A stretch of DNA of 14,317 nt, from contig NW_021825997.1 in NCBI RefSeq assembly GCF_006345805.1, positions 1-14,317 on the forward strand, given 5' to 3'. Positions 9,913-14,317 of the stretch are shown piece after piece. This DNA comes from Octopus sinensis (Eukaryota). The notes beneath the pieces were generated by a model that saw only the letters and a list, made by a program, of their open reading frames with translations, was not told where the DNA came from and searched no databases. The position numbers were made by a program, and so were the translations under genes. The stretch's first letter is position 1. Each line of letters starts with the position of its first letter.

Positions 9913-10218
9913 TATGACGATTTAAAGTGGGAAATTTAAACAACTATGACGGTTTAAAAGTGAGAAATACGAAGGCTGTGGTCAATGAAGAGAGTAGACG
10001 TGGTGGTCTTGGAAGTATTAGCACACAAGTATCAATATGGCAGAAAAAGATCGGTACAAGTGTGAAGGTAGAACACCTACAAAAATCAGCATTGCTTTGA
10101 ACTGCAAGAATTCTTCACAGGGTTCTTGAAACATGACCAATAAACAAGTGTCACCTTATTCTGCTGGCTGTGGACAGCTGGCACTTTCCTTCATACCCAG
10201 CAAAATATGCTGTGAGTT
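9907..10218 (+). mobile_element. R4/Dong-like copy 4 (different subfamily), RLE C-terminal fragment
   Basis: Reads NYDDLKWEI/NYDGLK.EIRRLWSMKRVDV..GGLGSIS...KIGTSVKVEHLQKSALL*TARILHRVLET* (stop 10134-10136). Homologous to the copy 2 segment KYQPLQDEIGKLWGM...IQKTALLGTA. The right boundary is approximate. Confidence 0.75.
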
Positions 10219-10441
10219 ACCCGGTTTCCTTCTCACCAAGCAAGCTTAGTGGGGTTGCCGATTTAGTCGCCGTTGACGGTTTCACAACTCCACTTGTTAA
10301 TCATTCTGGCTAATTATTTACTTGATTCACTATTATACAGTCACTATTACTACTATAATCCCTATCTTATCATTTACTAGTTCACTACTATAGTTTAACA
10401 ATTATTACTATACTTATATTATTCTTGTTGTTGATGTTATT

Positions 10442-11845
10442 CTGAAAGACTCTCGGATAGTTCTTAATTACCGGTAATTCTTTACTTGAAAGCAGGCAAT
10501 AACAAATCACCAAAGGTTTCAAGTAGTGCCTTCTAATGCAAGCTGTACCCAACAATGCTGTCTTCTGGATCACCTCGAGCCTGACAGCAGCTCCAATATT
10601 CTTCATGTGTTTTTCAAAGACAGCAGCTCCAATATTCTTAATATGTCTTTGGAAACTGCTCCTAATGCTCCAATTACCACAAGGTATCACCATTACTTTC
10701 CTCATGCCCCATAACTTTCCTATCTCGTCCTGCAGTGGCTGATATTTCTCAATCTTTTCAGTTTTCTTACATTTCACTCTCGAATCGCCTGGTATTGCAA
10801 CATCTATTATTTTTACTTCTTTTTCATCTTTATGGATGAGCACGATATCTGGTCGCACTGCATGTTAAAATCCTAGAATATTTTGTAATATTCGTTTTCA
10901 ATTACTCCCTCTAGCTTGTATTCATACCATTGTTCGGCTCTCTCGAGGTTTGCTTTACTGCACAACAGCCAGTGGACATTTCTCCTCTACTCCCCTTGAC
11001 ATACCAAGCCAGGTTATTCTCCTCTTCCCTTACACGACCTTCACAACACACAATCCCCGTCCTCCTTCTTTACATACAATCTTGACACATCACTCTTGGA
11101 GTGTAGTTTCTTTGCTCATTGTCATTGATTTAGATGTTCTCCGGTCTATCTCTTGTAATTCATGCTTCTTCCATGATACTATTCTTGCCCCATATCTTAT
11201 CAAAGCAACTGCCCACGTGTTAAGTGTTCTAATCTTATAGCGGCCACTTAGCTTCGATTGGAGCACAAGCCGAGTTCTCCACAAATACTCTTTCCTGTAC
11301 ATTTCTTTCATCTTGTTTTCATTCATTTTATCTCTTTCACTGATACCCTGGTACTTATATCATTCCTCTCATGGCTTTTAATGATTTTCCCCACTTTTAA
11401 GAATCATTACACCACATTTCTCGATTCCAAATTCCATGCCAATATCTTTGCTAATCATCTGCACAGTTGCAGTCAAACTCTCAATTTCTTTCTCAGTCTT
11501 AGCGAATAGCTTTAGGTCATCCATAAACCACAGGTTGTTTACTTCCACCCTGCCTAGCATGTACCTCATACGCATCTTTCTTAAAACGCTTGTTAGTGGC
11601 AGTATGCAGACAACAAATAGCAGAGGCGACAGACTGTCTCCTTGAAAGGTTCCTCTTTTGATGTTTACCTCTCCCAGCTTATCTCCCCATGCAGTGAGTT
11701 CATTTTGCCACGTTGTCATTGAGTTTTGTATTAACTTCAGGATATTGTGTGAAACCCTAAGCAGTTTAAGGCATTCAATAATCCACGAGTGTGGGACTAT
11801 GTCAGATGCTTTCCTGTAGTCAACCCATACCATCGCCAAATTTTT
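10442..11845 (-). mobile_element. 5'-truncated, internally deleted R4/Dong-like copy 2 (RT plus RLE pseudogene)
   Basis: RT: KNLAMVWVDYRKA.DIVPHSW...FQGDSLSPLLF...FMDD (11516-11527) LKLFAK...FGIEKC. Then YKIRTLNTWAVALIRY...LYV...EENNLAWYV. RLE: RPDIVLIHK...IIDVAIPGD...EKYQPL...QKTALLGTA. A degenerate (AAT/AAC) tail lies at ~10418-10442. Confidence 0.92.
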
Positions 11846-11945
11846 GGAGGTGTTGTAATTTCAGTCACTGATTCGCCATTGAAACTGACGATTGGCGGCA
11901 GAAATGATGGGTGTCGGGGAAATGCTTTTATGCTCATGTCTAAGA

Positions 11946-11968
11946 ACACACACACACACACACACACG
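11946..11968. repeat. (AC)n microsatellite
   Basis: Direct reading. Confidence 0.9.
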
Positions 11969-12148
11969 CAGCATGTGTGTATACATATATGTATATGCAT
12001 ATTTGTCTATGTGACGGTGCGTGTAAGCATGTCTGTATCTCAAAATGGCCACCTCGTGCTGTTAATATACTCGTTACTCATTCAACGCTGGTCTTTCATT
12101 GAGTTATTATCTATGTATAATATTTGACAAAGTGTACATATATTTTAT

Positions 12149-12266
12149 AGAGAGAGAAAGGGAGAGAGATAGTGAGAGAGAGCGAGAAAAAAGAGACAGG
12201 AGAGAGAGACAGAGTGAGAAGGCGAGAGAGAGAGAAGGTGAGAGAGAGAGAGAGAGAGAGAGAGAG
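12149..12266. repeat. Degenerate (GA)n microsatellite
   Basis: Direct reading. Source of the poly-ER ORFs. Confidence 0.92.
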
Positions 12267-12294
12267 CGAAAGCAAAAGCACTGGAGATAATGGA

Positions 12295-12404
12295 ATCAGT
12301 TGTGCAGCACCGTGGGTATGTGTCTACCACTGTGCCTCACTAAACAGATCAATATATTGTGAGTGAAGTTCGTAGAAGTCCGGTGTATCTATGAGATTGT
12401 AGTG

Positions 12405-12441
<37 letters not shown>

Positions 12442-12560
12442 TACCGTGCTCTTGTTCAGACAACGCCGGTTTGATGGAGAGAGTGAGCTAACGTACAGCA
12501 CATGCATTCGATCACTATAAACGAATCATTTGCGCAGGTCGTTCGGCAAAAAAAAAAGAA
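12295..12560 (+). mobile_element. Old, decayed copy of SINE family C with internal (TG)n
   Basis: GCACCGTGGGTATGTGTCT...TTGTGAGTGAAGTTCGTAG...(TG)n loosely parallels TTACCTTCGACAAGTGTCT...TTTTGAGTGGATTTGGTAG...(GT)n at 12800-13010. Confidence 0.35.
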
Positions 12561-12583
12561 AAAAACCTAAACACTCAAACATC

Positions 12584-12660
12584 AAATTTGAACTCAGGGA
12601 ACGAAGATAGGCGAACAGAATTTTGCTCGACATGCTAACGATTCTGCCAAATTACCGCTC
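12584..12660 (-). mobile_element. SINE family A head fragment
   Basis: A-box TGGCAGAATCG and B-box GTTCAAATTT on the minus strand. 16-nt identity with 7205-7220. Confidence 0.55.
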
Positions 12661-12736
12661 CACTTTTTTTGTGCTATATTACAAACGAAAAACTATTGAA
12701 GAAGCCTTTCTTGCTTTTGTTCTGTTGTTTATTTGA

Positions 12737-12905
12737 GACGTGTCTGTGATGTAAGAAGCTTCCCAACCACTTGGTTCCGGGTTCAGTCTCACTGCGTGTT
12801 ACCTTCGACAAGTGTCTTATACTACAGTCTCGGGTCGACCAAAGCCTTTTGAGTGGATTTGGTAGACGGAAAATTAAAGAAACCATTCACAAACATATGC
12901 GGTGT

Positions 12906-12952
<47 letters not shown>

Positions 12953-13212
12953 TGTGTGTGTGTGTGTGTGGTGTGCGTGTGTGTGTGTGTGTGTGCGTGC
13001 GTGAGTGTATGTTTGTGTCTGTGCTTATTCTCAACCACCACTTAACCACGGCTGTATTTGCATCCCTGTAACTTAGCGGTCCGTCAAAACCGTCCGATTG
13101 AATAGACTAAAAATAAAATATAGAGGTCAATCCATTCGACTAAAAATTCCCCAGGGCGGTGCTCCAGCATGGCCGGAGTCTAATGACTGAAACAAGTGAA
13201 AGATAAGAGATA
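12737..13212 (+). mobile_element. tRNA-derived SINE family C with internal (GT)n (12901-13010) and LINE-like 3' tail
   Basis: B-box-like GGTTCAGTCTC (12780-12790). CORE-like ACCTTCGACAAGTGTCTT. Tail GGCGGTGCTCCAGCATGGCCG...TAATGACTGAAACAAGTGAAAGATAAGAGATA. The family is recognised from recalled octopus repeats. Confidence 0.65.
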
Positions 13213-13639
13213 TATTTATCTCTCGTTATTCTAAGGCTTTGCCTTTCAAACGGAATCATTTACAGAACAGATAAGACGCTCTGTGAAAAGTCTCCGCCGA
13301 ATTCTTTTGCAATCTTCAGAAATAAGTCTGACCAATTAATTTAAATTTCGGCTGATGGCTTAACCATAATTTAATGATAAATTCAGATTAAAATAATCCT
13401 TGGCGTTATTTCGTTTTAACTAGTGAAAGAGCAATCAGTGTGGCTTGTTTCACTAACCAGCTGTGCTTCGTTTAGTAAACGCTATCAAATGATATTCAAA
13501 CGTCTGACGGTAGGGTCACCGTGGCAGTGAGATGAGTAATATCGCTTTACGCATTTAAAGTACAGAGAAACGAACAAATGTGAGCAGCTGCAAATACAAT
13601 TAATATATATTTTATACAACTTACAGTGATACACGTGAA

Positions 13640-13860
13640 GCTTATGGTGTTGAACTCACTATCACGAGATCGCCGTTTCGATTCCAGCGTCTAGTGGTGC
13701 GTTGTGTTCGCGAACAACACATTTCATATTACAGTTCACTCAGGTGTAAATGAGTAAATCTGCGACGGACATGCACCCCACCTCCCAGAGGGGTAATGCT
13801 GTGATATTGGCTACTTTTGTGCCACGGAAACCGGGTGACTAACCCTACGACTCCTAGGAC
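13640..13860 (+). mobile_element. Decayed tRNA-derived SINE related to family B
   Basis: B-box GTTTCGATTCC (13675-13685), TTGTGTTC...ACAC, CAGTTCACTCAGGTGTAAATGAGT, CTGCGACGGAC and GCCACGGAAACCGGG. Confidence 0.5.
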
Positions 13861-14078
13861 ACAAAACAGTACCTATACTAATGTACGAGCATGAATGTGT
13901 GTGTGTATGAACATACGTATGCGTGTGTGATCATAACTATATACGAATAAGATGGAAGAAGTGATGTGTGTTTAAAGAAATTGATTTACAACCGCGTGGT
14001 ACAGAGAGCAACTTGGACAAATGTAGTCAACTATATAACCCCAGGTCAACCAGCAGACGATGGGAGACATAAAACCCG

Positions 14079-14080
<2 letters not shown>

Positions 14081-14113
<33 letters not shown>
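14081..14113. repeat. (TA)n microsatellite
   Basis: Direct reading. Confidence 0.95.
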
Positions 14114-14117
<4 letters not shown>

Positions 14118-14153
14118 TCGCCATACTAATATGGCATTCTTAAACATAAGAAA

Positions 14154-14317
14154 AAAAGCTGTCCGCTTATTAGCTCCATGAGGCCATCGCTTAAGTTAGC
14201 TATTTGATACACAAATTGTTCCATATAACCTTCGAACAAGGTTATATGGATACAGTTTGTGTATCAAATAGCTAACTTAAGCGATGGCCTCATGGAGCTA
14301 ATAAGCGGACAGCTTTT
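14154..14317. repeat. Long near-perfect inverted repeat (fold-back), truncated by the window edge
   Basis: 14154-14215 is the exact reverse complement of 14256-14317 (62 bp). Inner 13-bp perfect stem 14220-14232/14238-14250 around a 5-nt loop CGAAC. Between the two stems there is one mismatch and one indel (TTGT vs TACAG). Confidence 0.97.

Noticed and set aside
11885-11910. CTGACGA-ttggcggca-GAAA resembling a hammerhead core
   Set aside because: Only a 2-bp stem II, no stem III/NUH site and no stem I. Likely chance.
13213-13620. Repeat-free stretch rich in TAAT/ATTA motifs (possible enhancer or conserved non-coding element)
   Set aside because: Such motifs are expected in AT-rich DNA. Cross-species conservation data are required.

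Overview
AT-rich, microsatellite-saturated eukaryotic (animal) DNA with no supportable host protein-coding gene, rRNA/tRNA gene or CRISPR array. The SINE-like repeats and microsatellite load resemble octopus/coleoid cephalopod genomes (inference from recalled repeats, not verified). The window is mostly decayed mobile elements. There are four fragments of RLE-type (R4/Dong-like) non-LTR retrotransposons, three of them abutting (TAA)n arrays. A maT/DD37D-like transposase remnant is joined back-to-back to a mariner 3' end that keeps its TIR. There are also an RTE-like 3' fragment and several tRNA-derived SINEs. The most unusual signals are two related microsatellite-flanked units, each with a Penelope-type minimal hammerhead-ribozyme-like motif, and a near-perfect palindrome of at least 164 bp running off the right edge. 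Most ORFs in the supplied track are microsatellite artefacts.
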